Position numbers and translations under genes: made by a program
In this document: in pieces, positions 48,351-61,279 of the stretch
How positions within the stretch are numbered: position 1 is the stretch's first letter
Layout of the letters: every line of letters begins with the position of its first letter
DNA from: Malacoraja senta
Taxonomy: Eukaryota
Direction: 5' to 3'
DNA length: 64,000 nt
Assembly (NCBI GenBank): GCA_038087875.1
Contig: JAXLNO010005534.1
Span: forward strand, 1-64,000
Notes under the pieces: model-generated
Told to the model about the DNA's origin: nothing
Databases searched by the model: none
Seen by the model: the letters and a program-made list of their open reading frames with translations, nothing else

Positions 48351-50854
48351 TTCTGCAATAGAATAGTGAATATATTTAGGGGTGGCACAATGGCGCAGCG
48401 GTGGAGCTGCTGCCTTACAGCGCCAGAGACCCGGGTTCGATCCTGACAACGGGTGCTGTCAGTAAGGAGTTTGTACGTTGTCTCCGTGATCACATGGGAT
48501 TTCTCCGGGAGCTCTGATTTCCTCCCACACTCCAAAGCCATACAGGTATGTAAGTTATTGTCCTTCGGTAAAAACAATGGTAAATTGTCTCATCTGTGTC
48601 GGATGGTGCTGGTTTATGGGGATCGCTGGTCGGCACGGACTCAGTAGGATGAAGGGACTATTTCAGCGCTGTATCTCTAAAACTAAACAAAATGAAATTA
48701 AATTTAGAATAGAACAATATGGCACTTTGGCCCACAGTGTTTGTGCCAACATGATGCCAACTTAAACTGATCTTATCTGCCTGTACATGACCCATATCCC
48801 TCTATTCCCCGCACTTCCATGTGCCTATCTGAAAGTCTCTTAAATCCTACTATCATATCTGCACTACCACCACCCATACAGTGCGTTCCAGCCCCCCCCC
48901 CCGCCCAGCCCACTGTATGAAGAAACATGCCCTCTACTTCTCCATTAAACCTTCCCCCTTTCACTTTCTAGCTCTGGCCTCTAAAGTTGATCATTTCCAA
49001 ACTGGTGAAATGGTTCTGACTGTCTACGCCTCTCATAATGTGGAGCAACAAACAAACTGCTGGAGCCTAGGGGAACTCAGCGGTCGAGCAGCATCTGTGG
49101 GGAGGGAGGAAATTATTGACATTCCGGGATGAGACCCAGCATCAGTTTTGTTTGTTCCAAATTTGTATTAAAATATCTGTGGACAGCAACCTCCAGATTA
49201 CTGTAACTTTGACCACAAGAGGGCACCAGATGCTACAGGGGCAGTGACAACATTGTTATGCACCTCCAGAACAAAGGAGATATTTTACAAAAAGTTTTGC
49301 TTCCTGTCAGTTACGCATCAATTGTCGACATTGTTTAATCCCACTGCAGCATTCACATAATATTTATTAACCACCCTTTTGCAAGCTATAGCTTACACTG
49401 AAGATAGACACAAAAAGCTGGAGTAACTCACCGGGTCAGATAGCATCTCTGGAGAAAAGGTGACATTTTGGGTTGAGACCCTTCTTCAGACTGGGGAAAG
49501 GGAAACAGGAGATATAGACGGTGATGTAGAGAGATACAGAACAAATCAATGAAAGATATGCACAAAAGTAATGATGATAAAGAAAACAGGCCATTGTTAG
49601 CTGTTTGTTAGGTGAGAAGGGACTTTGAAGCTGGTACGACTTGGGTGGGGGAGGGATGGAGAGAGAGGGAATGCAGGGATTACGAAGTCAGAGAACTCAA
49701 TATTCATACCACTGGTTGTAAACTGCCCAAGTGAAATATGAGATGCTGTTCCTCTAATTTGCGTTTGGCCTCACTCTGACAAAAGAGGAGGCCCAGGACT
49801 GAAAGGTCAGTGTGGGAATGGGAAGGGGAAGTAAAGTGTTTGGGAACCGGGAGATCAGGTAGGTCCAGGCGGAATGAGTGAAGGTGTTCAGTGAAACGAT
49901 CGCCCAGGCTTATTCAAGTTTTCTGTTTTGGACGGCAGAATTTCTGCCTCACCTCTCTTTTCCCAGCTTTCTTCCCCCATACTACAATCCGTTTGAAGAA
50001 TAGTCCCAACTGAAAATGTTGTCTGTCCATTCCCTCCACAGATGCTGCCTGAACTGTTGAGTTTCTCCAGCATTCTTTGTTATGCAGTGATAGATCTGTC
50101 CCTATCAGTACACACTGCTGTGCCAGGACCAAACTGTACTCACCAGTACCATCTCCCAGTGCTACACAGTGGCTGATGACCTGTAAAGCACCAACATGCC
50201 TTCCTAACTCAGGCCCGTACAAAGCTTTTCAAAAAGGGGGGTGGCATGACAGGATCACAAAAAGATTGTAATGTGAAATAATGTGCGCGCTGTGCACATC
50301 ACGAGCGCGAAGTGTGAAGTCCCTCGATGCCGTGGTCCAGGGCCCTTTAGCGGGCCCTGGAAGCTCAGGGGTTTTAGATGCTCTCTGATGCATTCTGAGT
50401 CTTATTTTGGAGCATTTTCGCATCAAATTCATGACCAATATTTCAGAAATTAACAGGAATCTGAGAGGTAGCTTTTTCACACAAAGGGTGGTGGGTGTAC
50501 GGAACAAGCTGCCAGAGGAGGTAGTTAAGGCTGGGACTATCCTAATGTTTAAGAGACATTTGGACACGTACATGGATAGGACAGGTTTACATGGATATGG
50601 GCCAAACGCATGTGAGTGGGACTAGTGTAGATGGGACATGTTGGATGGTGTGGGCAAGTTGGGCTGAAGGGCCTGTTTCCACACTGCATCATTCTATGAC
50701 TAAAAAGGTAAGAAGAAAAATGCATGTAGATAAGTAGAGCAGATTTGAAAGAGGAGTGAAATGTAAAGGCAGAGAGAGGTTTATGGGTGGAAAGGAACAT
50801 AGGAAAGGAGGGGGGAGAGTGGACTTGGGCAGATGGGTGAAGGGAAAATAGACA

Positions 50855-51360
50855 CAAAGTGCTGGAGTAAGTCAGCGGGTCAGGCAGCAACTGTGGAGAA
50901 CATGGATAGGTGACGTTTCACAGAGTGCTGGAGTAACTCAGTGGGTCAGGCAGCATCTGTGGAGAACATGGATAGGTGACGTTTCACAGTGTGCTGGAGT
51001 AACTCAGTGGGTCAGGCAGCATCTGTGGAGAACATGGATAGGTGACGTTTCACAGAGTGCTGGAGTAACTCAGCGGGTCAGGCAGCATCTGTGGAGAACA
51101 TGGATAGGTGACGTTTCACAGAGTGCTGGAGTAACTCAGTGGGTCAGGCTGCATCTGTGGAGAACATGGATAGGTGACGTTTCACAGTGTGCTGGAGTAA
51201 CTCAGTGGGTCAGGCAGCATCTGTGGAGAACATGGATAGGTGACGTTTCACAGAGTGCTGGAGTAACTCAGCGGGTCAGGCAGCATCTGTGGAGAACATG
51301 GATAGGTGACGTTTCACAGAGTGATGGAGTAACTCAGCGGGTCAGGCAGCATTTCTGGAG
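50855..51360. repeat. 66-bp tandem array (~7.7 copies) derived from the PLE terminal repeat
   Basis: Unit CAGAGTGCTGGAGTAACTCAGTGGGTCAGGCAGCATCTGTGGAGAACATGGATAGGTGACGTTTCA starts at 50921, 50987, 51053, 51119, 51185, 51251 and 51317. Confidence 0.95.
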
Positions 51361-52669
51361 AAAAGGTATAGATTATATTTCGGGTCAAGATCCTTCTTCA
51401 GTAATATTCATGATGTGACATGCATAGACATTCCTGAATGTTACCCAAACCATCGTGAACTACTTTGTGACGGTGCTTGCCCTCTCCTATAACGTCTCTG
51501 CTGCCTTGGGTGATGCAGGACAGGACACAAGCTTTGGGACACGGTGTGAAGCTGTTGCCGTCTGTCCCAGTCTGGTAAAAACCTGGATGGAGTGGATGTG
51601 GAGAGGATGTTTCCACTAGTGGGAGAGTCTAGGACCAGTGGCCACAGCCTCAGAATTAAAATACATTCCTTTAGGAAGGAGATGAGCAGGAATTTCTTAA
51701 GTCAGAAGGTGAACTGTGGAATTCAGCTGTGGAGGTCGTCAATGGACATTTTTCAGGAGGAGATTGATAGATTCTTGATTGATGCAGGTGTCAGAGGTAA
51801 TGGGGAGAAGGCAGGAGAATGGGTTTGAGAGGGAAAGATAGATAGAGTCATAGAGAGATACAGTGTGGAAACAGGCCCTTCGGCCCAGCATGTCCCATTT
51901 ACACTAGTCCCTCCTGTCCACATTTGATCCATATCCCTCCAAACCTGTCCCATCCATATACCTGTCTAAGTGTTTCTTAAATTTTGCGATAGTCCCTGCC
52001 TGTACCTCCTCTGGCAGCTTGTTCCATACACCTACCACCCATTGTGTGAAAAATATACCCGTCAGATTCCTATTAAATCTTTTGCCCTTCACCTTAAACT
52101 TATGTCCTCTGCTCCCCGATTCACCTTCTCTGGGCAAAAGACTCAACCATAGTATTCAAATCATGATTTTATACACCTCTATTAGATCATCCCTCATCCT
52201 CCTGTGCTCCATGAAATAGAATCCCAGCCTACTCAACCTCTCCCTATAGCTCTGGCCCTCTAGTCCTGGCAACATCCTCGTAAACCTTCACTGTACCATT
52301 TCTAGTTTGATGACATCTTTCCTATAACATGGTGCCCAGAACTGAATACAATACTCTGAATGCGGCCTCATCAACTTCTTATACAACTGCAACATGACCT
52401 CCCAACTTCTGTACTCAGCCTGGCCCGCTGAGTTACTCCAGCACTCTGTGAAACATCACAGAACAGGGCAAGATTAGCAAGTTTGCTGATGATACAGAAG
52501 TGAGTGGATTTGCAAATAGTGAAGATGCTTGTGAAAGATTGCAGCAGGAACTCGATCAATTAGCCAGGTGGGCAGAGGAATGGTTGATGGTTGCATGGTT
52601 CCTTGAAGGTTGAGTCGCTGGTATATCAGGTGGTCAAAAAGTTTGTCCTTCATCAGTCAGAGTATTGAG

Positions 52670-55600
52670 TAAAGATGCTTAAAGATGTTAAGGGAAAAAG
52701 AGTAGCAAAGTCAAATGTGGGTCCCTTGAAGGCAGACATGGGTGAAATTGTTATGGGCAACAAGGAAATGGCAGAAGAGTTGAATAGGTACTTCGGATCT
52801 GTCTTCACTAAGGAAGACACAAACAATCTCCCAGATATACTGGAGGACAGAGGATCTAAGGGGGTAGAGGAACTGAAAGAAATTTTCATTAGGCGAGAAA
52901 TAGTATTGGGTAGGCTAATGGGACTGAAGGATGATAAATCCCCTGGACCTGATGGTCTGCATCCCAGGGTCCTCAGGGAGGTGGCTCTAGAAATAGTGGA
53001 CGCATTGGTGATCATTTTCCAATGTTCAATAGATTCAGGATCAGTTCCTGTGGATTGGAGGATAGCTAATGTTATCCCACTTTTCAAGAAAGGAGCGAGA
53101 GAGAAAACGGGGAATTACAGACCAGTTAGCCTGACTTCGGTGGTGGGAAAGATGCTGGAGTCAATTATTAAAGAGGTAATAATGGGGCATTTGGATAGCA
53201 GTAAAAGGATTAGTCCAAGTCAACATGGATTTATGAAAGGGAAATCATGCTTGACTAATCTTCTGGAATTTTTTGAGGATGTGACAAGTAAAATGGATGA
53301 AGGGGTGCCAGTGGATCTAGTGCACCTGGACTTTCAGAAAGCATTTGATAAGGTCCCGCACGGGACACTGGTGACAAAAATTAGAGCACATGTTATCGGG
53401 GGTAGGGTGTTGACATGGATAGAAAATTGGTTGGCAGACCGGAAGCAAAGAGTAGGAGTGAACGGGTCCTTTTCAGAATGGCAGGAAGTGGCGAGTGCAG
53501 TGCCGCAAGCAGTGGCGGACTGGGTCTAAAAATATTGGTTGCCAGGAGACAAACGGGGCCCACCCACAACTACAATGCTATCATTTAATTTTCATAACGA
53601 ATAAATAAATTTTCAAAAAATACATATGGAAAAAAGGGTACAATTTAAAATTGTTGTGAAAAAAATGGTTCCTAGTAATTACAGTGTACATGTACTGTAC
53701 ATATTACTGGCAGTGGATACCGAATGTAAATACAGAATGTTATAATTGATTTTTTTTTTAAATTTTAAGTAATTGGTTGATATTTTTAAATAGTTTACTG
53801 CACAATTTACACATTAACAGATAGTTCAAAAGCACAATAGAGCATTGCATGCAGTCCACTATATTAAGAGCAATCGTTCGTGTTCGCTAGATGATTGTGC
53901 CAATCTGCCAATAATTGCTTCTGCATCCAATTCATCTAACAATTCCTTTTCAATGGTTAGCAACATGTATGATTCCAAATTCTCCTCAGACAGCGAATTT
54001 CTTAACCTTGTCTTCATGATCTTTAGCTTTGAAAATGTCCTCTCACATTGGACTTGAGTAACTGATAGTGTGCAGATGACTTTATAAAGTTGATAAAGGT
54101 TATCATATGCCTTGTCATGAAGTCTGTTGGATGCCAGAATTTATAGTACACACGATGGGCAAGTGCTGCAAATTGTACAATTGTTGCAACTGGAATCCAT
54201 ATTCTCACCATCATTAAGCAATAGCTTTAATACATCAAAGTTTGAAGCAAAAGAAAACAATTCCAATATTACTTGATCTTTGCTGATTTGTGGAAACAGC
54301 TTAATAATACCTTCCAATGGTTCATCTTCAAGGCCCTTCTCTGCAATAGTTTTAAACTTTGCTGGGTCCAAGCAGGACAAATCTTTATACAACTGTTTGT
54401 GTTGTATAAAGCGTGATTCTAGTGACTGGACAATGCGATCCATTATTGGGTTAAACACATTTACTCAAAAATCAGCTAGAGAATCTGAGGAATTTCTTTC
54501 ATCATCAATAAGCTCATCTGCCATTCTTTTGTTCTTCCTCTGCCTCTTAACTAGCAATGCTGTTTCCAACGCATCAATTTCCAATGTTTGATTTTCATCC
54601 ATATTCATCTGTGAAATCCTGTCATTACATTTATTTACAAATTCCAAAGCCTTGCTGTGAAAGTTATTAAATGTTCTTGTCTGTTCCTTCAACTTTGTTG
54701 TAGCTGAATCTACCAAACTCCATGCAGTAAACACATCTAAACCACTTGTCCGTAGATAACTTGATAACGGGTTGTAGTTTCAAATATATACAAGTAAATA
54801 AATGCTGTCAATATGGTTTCAAACTTTAGAAGACTTTGAAGTAAAACATTTGCTTCATGTTTTGTTTTTGCATCAAACTTTTCTGAATCTTGTATCATTG
54901 ATAATCATGTCAATAGATTTACGAAAGTACTGGCAGCGGCATCATCAAAACGTCCAAATATAGTTGTTGCTGCATTGGATTTTCCTGACCATCTGGTCTC
55001 ACCAATTAGCTTTAATCGTTTCATTTTTTCTTGTCCTAGATGTTTTCCAACAACTTCTATCCATACAGCCATTCTCTTGTATGATGCTTTCACAAAAGTT
55101 GCTCTATTCTGGAGCAAATTGAAAAAAGAAACTGCAGGCTCACAACATTTTGTTGTTTCAGTTATCACCAAATTCAAGACATGGGCATAGCACCATTTCA
55201 CTTGCACTTTATGTGCAATGTGACGAATAAAACCGTATTGTATTGTATTGTATATGAACATGTTGATCAGCCACATCAGCAATTTTACTTTGCAAACCAT
55301 TACACTGGCCATAGTAGCTTGCAGCGCCATCTGTGCTATCAGATAAACATTTTTGGGGGTCAATTTTAAGATGCTCTAATGTTTCAATCAATAGATCAAA
55401 AAGTCCCTGTCCTGTACCATCATTACTTGGCACAACTGAAAGTAGTCGCTCACAGATAATACCTTTAAGCACATACCCAATAATAATTGTGGACGTTTTA
55501 TACATTTAGCATCAATGAGACTTCTGCTGCTGCATCGCTGATGACACATATTTTATATCCGGTTTATATTTGTTAACCTTGAGAGATATGCAAGCACTAC

Positions 55601-57545
55601 TAGTTCCACCCGTAAGGCTACTGCTATTACGATACTTAAAGTTCATCACTGAGAACAATGATTCACAAGAATATGTATATGAAAAAATCCTGAATATTGA
55701 TAATACCTCTCACATAGCTTTAACAATAACTTATGTTTAAGCACATATGCTGAAGAACAGGCTTCATTAACTTTTCATATAATATTTTCAATGCAGTCAC
55801 TGATAACCAGATAATTACTATGGATAACTGGAGCCTACCCTGGTGTAACAATTATGTTTTTCTAATATCTAAATTTGAACTCTCATGTAGCTGAATTTGG
55901 ATATTGTTTATCGATATTTTTTTTTAACGAAACTTGAAAAACTATATAAAAAGAATGGTAAAGGAGCCACGCCACGTCTGGCCGCCTGGTGAATGATGCA
56001 ACAAGAAGTTATATGCAACAATGATCTTTTATACATATACAAAAACTCAAAATAAAAACAATCTCTTCAATAAGAGCGGGGGGGTCAGGCTGAGGCTTTT
56101 CAAGTGTGTGTGACAAAAATACGGACAAATCTTTGATACAAAATTTTCTCACTTGCCAACCAAAATTTTTTGGGAGTATATTATTATTTGGTGTCTTTTA
56201 AGTATTGGGAGAACCTTTTCAAAGAATTAAAAATCACACTGGAGCGGTAAAATCTGAGAATATTGTAACTAATTATTATAAGATAAGTCCTGTGAGATTG
56301 AATGAATGTAAATTTTTGTGACTAATTTTAACTCAAAAGTAGTTCGTCCCTGTTGATACCGTGGATATTTTTTAAAATTAAATTTTCAGTGTAATTCTAG
56401 CTGCCAGATACATCTTATTCCTTTTCATTACTAAAACAGTTATCTGTGTTTGGTTCTACATTGCATTTTTATTTGATATGGGGGGGCCCACTTGCCATCG
56501 GGCAAGCTGACATCCTGGCCAGTCCGCCACTGGCCGCAAGGCTCGGTGTTGGGGCCGCAATTGTTTACCATATATATTAATGATTTGGAAGAGGGAATTA
56601 GGAGCAACACTAGCAAGTTTGCGGATGACACATAGCTGGGTGGCAGTGTGAACTGTGAAGAGGATGTTAGGAGGTTGCAGGGTGACCAGGACAGGTTGAG
56701 TGAGTGGGCAGATGCGTGGCAGATGCAGTATAATATAGATAAATGTGTGGTTATCCACTTGGACAGCAAAAACAAGGGGGCAGATTATTATCTCAATGGG
56801 GTTAGGTTAGGTAAGGGGGAGCTGCAGCGAGACCTGGGCGTCCTTGTACACCGGTCACTGAAAGTCGGCTTACAGGTACAACAGGCAGTGAAGAAAACTA
56901 ATGTAATGTTGGCCTTCATAACAAGAGGATTGCAGTATAGGAGTAGAGAGGTTCTTCTGCAGTTGTATAGGGCTCTGGTAAGACCACATCTGGAGTATTG
57001 TGTACAGTTTTGTTCTCCTAATTTGAGGAAGGACATCCTTGTGATTGAGGCAGTGCAGCGTAGGTTCAAGAGATTGATCCCTGGGATGGCGGGTTGTCAT
57101 ATGAGGAAAGATTGAAAAGACTAGGCTTGTATTCACTAGAGTTTAGAAGGATGAGGGGGAATCTTATAGAAACATATAAAATTATAAAAGGACTGGACAA
57201 GCAAGATGCAGGAAAAATATTCCCAATGTTGGGCGAGTCCAGAAACAGGGGCCACAGTCTTAGAATAAAGGGGAGGTCATTTAAGACTGAGGTGAGAAAA
57301 ACGTTTTCACCCAGAGAGTTGTGAATTTATGGAATTCCCTGCCACAGAGGGCAGTGGAGGCCAAGTCACTAGATTGATTTAAGAGAGAGTTAGATAGAGC
57401 TCTAGGGGCTAGTGGAGTCAAGGGATATGGGGAGAAGCCAGGCACGGGTTATTGATAGGGGACATGATCACAATGAATGGCGGTGCTGGCTCGAAGGACC
57501 GAATGGCCTCCTCCTGTACCTATTTTTGATGTTTCTATGTTTCTA
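52670..57545 (+). mobile_element. CR1 LINE split by a hAT insertion
   Basis: The RT frame runs to ...SAVPQ at 53509 and resumes as GSVLGPQLF at 56541. It ends with a 3' UTR and TTTCTATG tail at about 57545. Confidence 0.88.
53510..56532 (-). mobile_element. hAT-superfamily DNA transposon (3,023 bp, defective transposase)
   Basis: 14-bp TIRs CAGTGGCGGACTGG / CCAGTCCGCCACTG and 8-bp TSD GCCGCAAG (53502-53509, 56533-56540). Minus-strand remnants include DSTDGAASYYGQCNG, WCYAHVLNLVI, ETRWS and a C-terminal ERTFSKLK-like dimerisation motif (ZMYM1-like/Tip100-type by resemblance). Confidence 0.92.
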
Positions 57546-57546
57546 A

Positions 57547-58845
57547 CATTAGCAAATTTGCAGATGACACAAAGATGGGTGGCAGTGTGAACTGTGAGGA
57601 GGATTTTATGAGAATGCAGGGTGACTTAGACAGGTTGGGGGAGTGGGCAGATGCATGGCAGATTAAGTTTAATGCGGATAAATGTGAGGTTACCCACTTT
57701 GGTAGCAAAAACAGGAAAGCAGATTACTATCTAAATGGCGTCAAGTTGGGAAAAGGAAGTACAACCGGATCTGGGGGTCCTTGTACATCAGTCTATGAAA
57801 GTATGCATGCAGGTACAGCAGGCAGTGAAGAAAGCGAATGGCATGTTGGCCTTTATAACAAGAGGAATCGAATATAGGAGCAAAGAGGTCCTTCTCAGAT
57901 TCAGATTCAGATTCAGATTCAACTTAATTGTCATTGTGCAGTGTACAGTACAGAGACAACGAAATGCAGTTAGCATCTCCCTAGAAGAGCGACATAATTA
58001 TGAGCAGTAAATAAATAAATCTAATAAATCCTGGTGGGAGTAGTGTCTGGGGGGGGGGGGGTGATTGGCAGTCACCGAGGTACAGTGTTGAGTAATGTAA
58101 CCGCCGCAGGGAAGAAGCTGTTCCTGGACCTGCTGGTCCGGCAACGGAGAGACCTGTAGCGCCTCCCGGATGGTAGGAGGGTAAACAGTCTGTGGTTGGG
58201 GTGAGAACAGTCCTTGGCAATGCTGAACGCTCCTTGGCGATGCTGAGCGCTCAGCATTCTGCAGTTGTACAGAGCCCTAGTGAGACCACACCTGGAGTAT
58301 TGTGTGCAGTTTTGGTCCCCTAATTTGAGGAAGGACTTTCTTGCTTTTGAGGGAGTGCAGCGTTGGTTTACAAAGTTAATTCCCGGGATGGCCGGACTGT
58401 CATATGCTGAGAGAATGGAGCAGCTGGGCTTGTACACTCTGGAGTTTAGAAGGATGAGAGGGAATCTCATTGAAACATATAAGGGCTTGTTAAGGGCTTG
58501 GACATGCTAGAGGCAGGAAACATGTTCCCAATGTTGGGGGAGTCCAGAAGCCACAGTTTAAGAATAAGGAGTTAGCCATTTGAACGGAGACGAGGAAACA
58601 CTATTTCTCACAGAGTGGTGAGCCTGTGGAATTCTCTGACTCAGAGGGCGGTGGAGGCAGGTTCTCTGGATACTTTCAAGAGAGAGCTAGATAGGGTTTA
58701 AAGATAGCGGAGTCAGGGGATATGGGGAGAAGGCAGGAACGGTGTACTGATTGGGGATGATCAGCCATGATCACATTGAATGGCGGTGCTGGCTCGAAGG
58801 GCCAAATGGCCTACTCCTGCACCTATTGTCTCTTGTCTATTGTCT
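57547..58845 (+). mobile_element. CR1 3' half with an internal L2-type insertion (about 57897-58255, minus, (GATTCA)n tail)
   Basis: The CR1 frame ...KEVLL is broken by the insertion and resumes LQLYRALVRPHLEY. A TTCT duplication flanks the insertion. Confidence 0.8.
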
Positions 58846-58877
58846 TTAGCGTTTTGAAACCAAAGGCAGCTTTAGCG

Positions 58878-60327
58878 GGTTTTTTTATTTTTGAATTTCT
58901 TTTATTAGAAGCGATTGTACAAGGATAAGGCGATCGACATAACACTTATACAATTATTGTACAGCTTCATTTTTAACGTTAGAACCTAAATCGGAAAAAA
59001 AGAGAGAAAAAGGAAAGAATGACGAAAGAGAAGTAAAATAAGAACAAGCTAGAAAATAGACCCTAAGGTACCAAAGAAGTGCAAGAGAAAAGAAAAGAAA
59101 TAAGAAAAAAAAAGATGGAAATATACCTTCCCCCCTCACCTATCCCTGACATCAGGTTTAAATTTGTGTTTAACCATTCTGTTGTTGCAGAAATTCAGTA
59201 AAAGGGAACCATGTCTTAAGAAATTGATCTGCTTTTCCCGCCAAGAAAGCCTAATATTTTCCAAATGTAGTGTATCGGACTTATCAGTATTCCACATCTT
59301 CACTGTAGGGACTGTTATCTGTTTCCAGAATTTGAGTATTAATTTTTTCGCCGTTATTAGGCCATAGTTGAGGAAACGTCTTTGGAATATCGTTAATTTA
59401 GAGCAGGTATCTGACATACCTAAAGTGATCCGTTTTATATCTGGTTCCAATTTAATGTTAAGTATTTTGGAGAAGATATCAAATATTCCCCTCCAGAAGT
59501 TTTGTAACTTTATACAGGAGGCAAATGAATGGGTTATAGTCGCGTTTTGGAGGAGACATTTATCACAAATAGGAGAGACATTTGGGAAGATCTTGTTTAA
59601 TTTGGTCTTTGAATAGTAGAGTCTATGCAGTATTTTAAATTGTATCAGGGAGTGCCGAACATTGAGAGAGCAGTAGTGTATGTATAGAAGGCTTTCCTCC
59701 CAGCTATCTTTTGAAATTAATAAACCCAATTTGTCTTCCCATGTTCGCCTATGCCTCTAAGAAGATGGGATGTATGCAGTTAAAAGAGTATTGTAAATGT
59801 AGGATATTAACTTGCTTGTATCAACATGTCTTTTCATGCAGTCATCTAGTATATCTGGACCCAAAGAGTGACAGTCTTGTGTATATGTTTTCACATAGTC
59901 TCGGATTTGAAGATATCTGAAAGAATTACTTGCTTTCGTGATATTTCTCCTGTAATTCTTGAAACGAGAGGAAAACCCCCTTCTCGTAAAGATCTCCCAC
60001 CGTTTTAATTCCTGAGTTTTTCCATTGTGCAAACGCCTTATCTAAAGTAGACGGTTTAAACAAGGGTTTATTAGCGATTGGTAAAAGGAGAGAGACATTT
60101 CTCAGTTTGAGGTTTGATTTCAACTGTTTCCAAATGCGTAGGGTACTGTGTATTATCGGATTTTGCTCAAACATTGATTTATTCAGATGTGTTGGAGAAA
60201 GAAGAATTGCGCCTATATTAAAAGGCAAACAATCTTCCCTCTCCATTTTTAACCAGTTTACCTGTTGGCATGTGTCATCCATCCAGTAGATTAAGTTTTT
60301 GATATTAGTCGCCCAGTAATAGAAAAG
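58878..60327 (-). mobile_element. 5'-truncated L1 (ORF2 C-terminal region), a different subfamily from the 23-30 kb copy
   Basis: ORF pieces YYWAT, TLRIWKQL, FRYLQIRDYV, QFKILHRLY and CDKC...HSFASC. T-rich tail at 58880. 9-bp TSD GCTTTAGCG (58869-58877, 60328-60336). Confidence 0.85.
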
Positions 60328-60328
60328 G

Positions 60329-60690
60329 CTTTAGCGTTTCGAAACCAAAGGCAACTTTAGCATTTTCAAATCTTAGGCAACGATAGCGTTTTGGAACATT
60401 GCCCATTTCCTTCACTACATAGATGCTGCTGCACCCGCTGAGTTTCTCCAGCACTTTTGTCTACATAGCGTTTTCAAACCTTAGGCAACTTTAGCGTTTT
60501 CAAACCATAGGCAGCATTAGCGTGTTCAAACGAGACAGCTTTAGCGTTTTCAAACCAAAGGCAGCTTTAGCTGTTTTCAAACTAAAAGCGGCTTTAGCAT
60601 TTTCAAACCAAAGGCGGCTTAACGTTTTCAAACCAAAGGCAACTTTAGCGTTTTCAAACCAAAGGCGGCTTTAGCGTTTTCATACCAAAG
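60329..60690. repeat. ~26-bp minisatellite (CTTTAGCGTTTTCAAACCAAAGGCRG)n; further units at 58845-58877
   Basis: About ten units read directly. Interrupted by a PLE-repeat remnant at about 60395-60465 and by the L1. Confidence 0.85.
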
Positions 60691-61279
60691 CCGGAGCACC
60701 TGGAGAATGTCCACGCAGGTCACGGGGAGAATGTACAAACTCCGTACAGATAGCACCTGTAGTCGGGATCGAACCTGGGCCTCTGGTTCCACCATGCTGC
60801 CCCTCAGCTGCTCTGCCTTTCAGTCAGACCATTTATCTCGGCACCATTTAAGGCCATACTCTCAATTCCGTAATATTAAGGCCAGTCATCTCGGTGTTGA
60901 ACTGGTCTCAAGTCTGGTCTCCGTAGCCGCTTGGGCAGAGAATTCCCTGCATTTCCCATCCTCTGGGTGTTAAGCTGCTACAGTTCAGTGAAGTTTGCTT
61001 TCAATTGAATGGTGGATTCTGCGGGCAATTGATGGGAATTTGTGAGGAACTAGTTTCAAGGAGTATTTGTGAAGGACTGGGATTCTCTGAGAACTGGCAT
61101 TGATTTGATGGGCTGAAATGGCCTATGTCATAAGGAAATATGAAATATGGAAAAGTGACTTTTCTGCATTACATATTTGTAAATTTGACGTTTATGTTGT
61201 GAAATAAGTAGCTGCGAGTAGAATTAAAAAGCCTCCGAACTTAAAAATAAACTTGTGTGTTTCATTTCTATTCCTAGAT

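Noticed and set aside
47771-48361. 196-aa and overlapping GC-rich ORFs as a host gene or CpG-island promoter
   Set aside because: They are bounded by an L2-like tail and an L2 RT remnant, with low-complexity translations and no convincing splice structure.
50855-51360. 66-bp array as a CRISPR array
   Set aside because: Units are contiguous with no unique spacers, there are no cas genes, the context is vertebrate, and the unit matches the PLE terminal repeat.
51398-51616. Cys/His-containing minus-strand ORF between repeats
   Set aside because: It starts inside a CR1 fragment, the splice signals are weak, and no domain was recognised.
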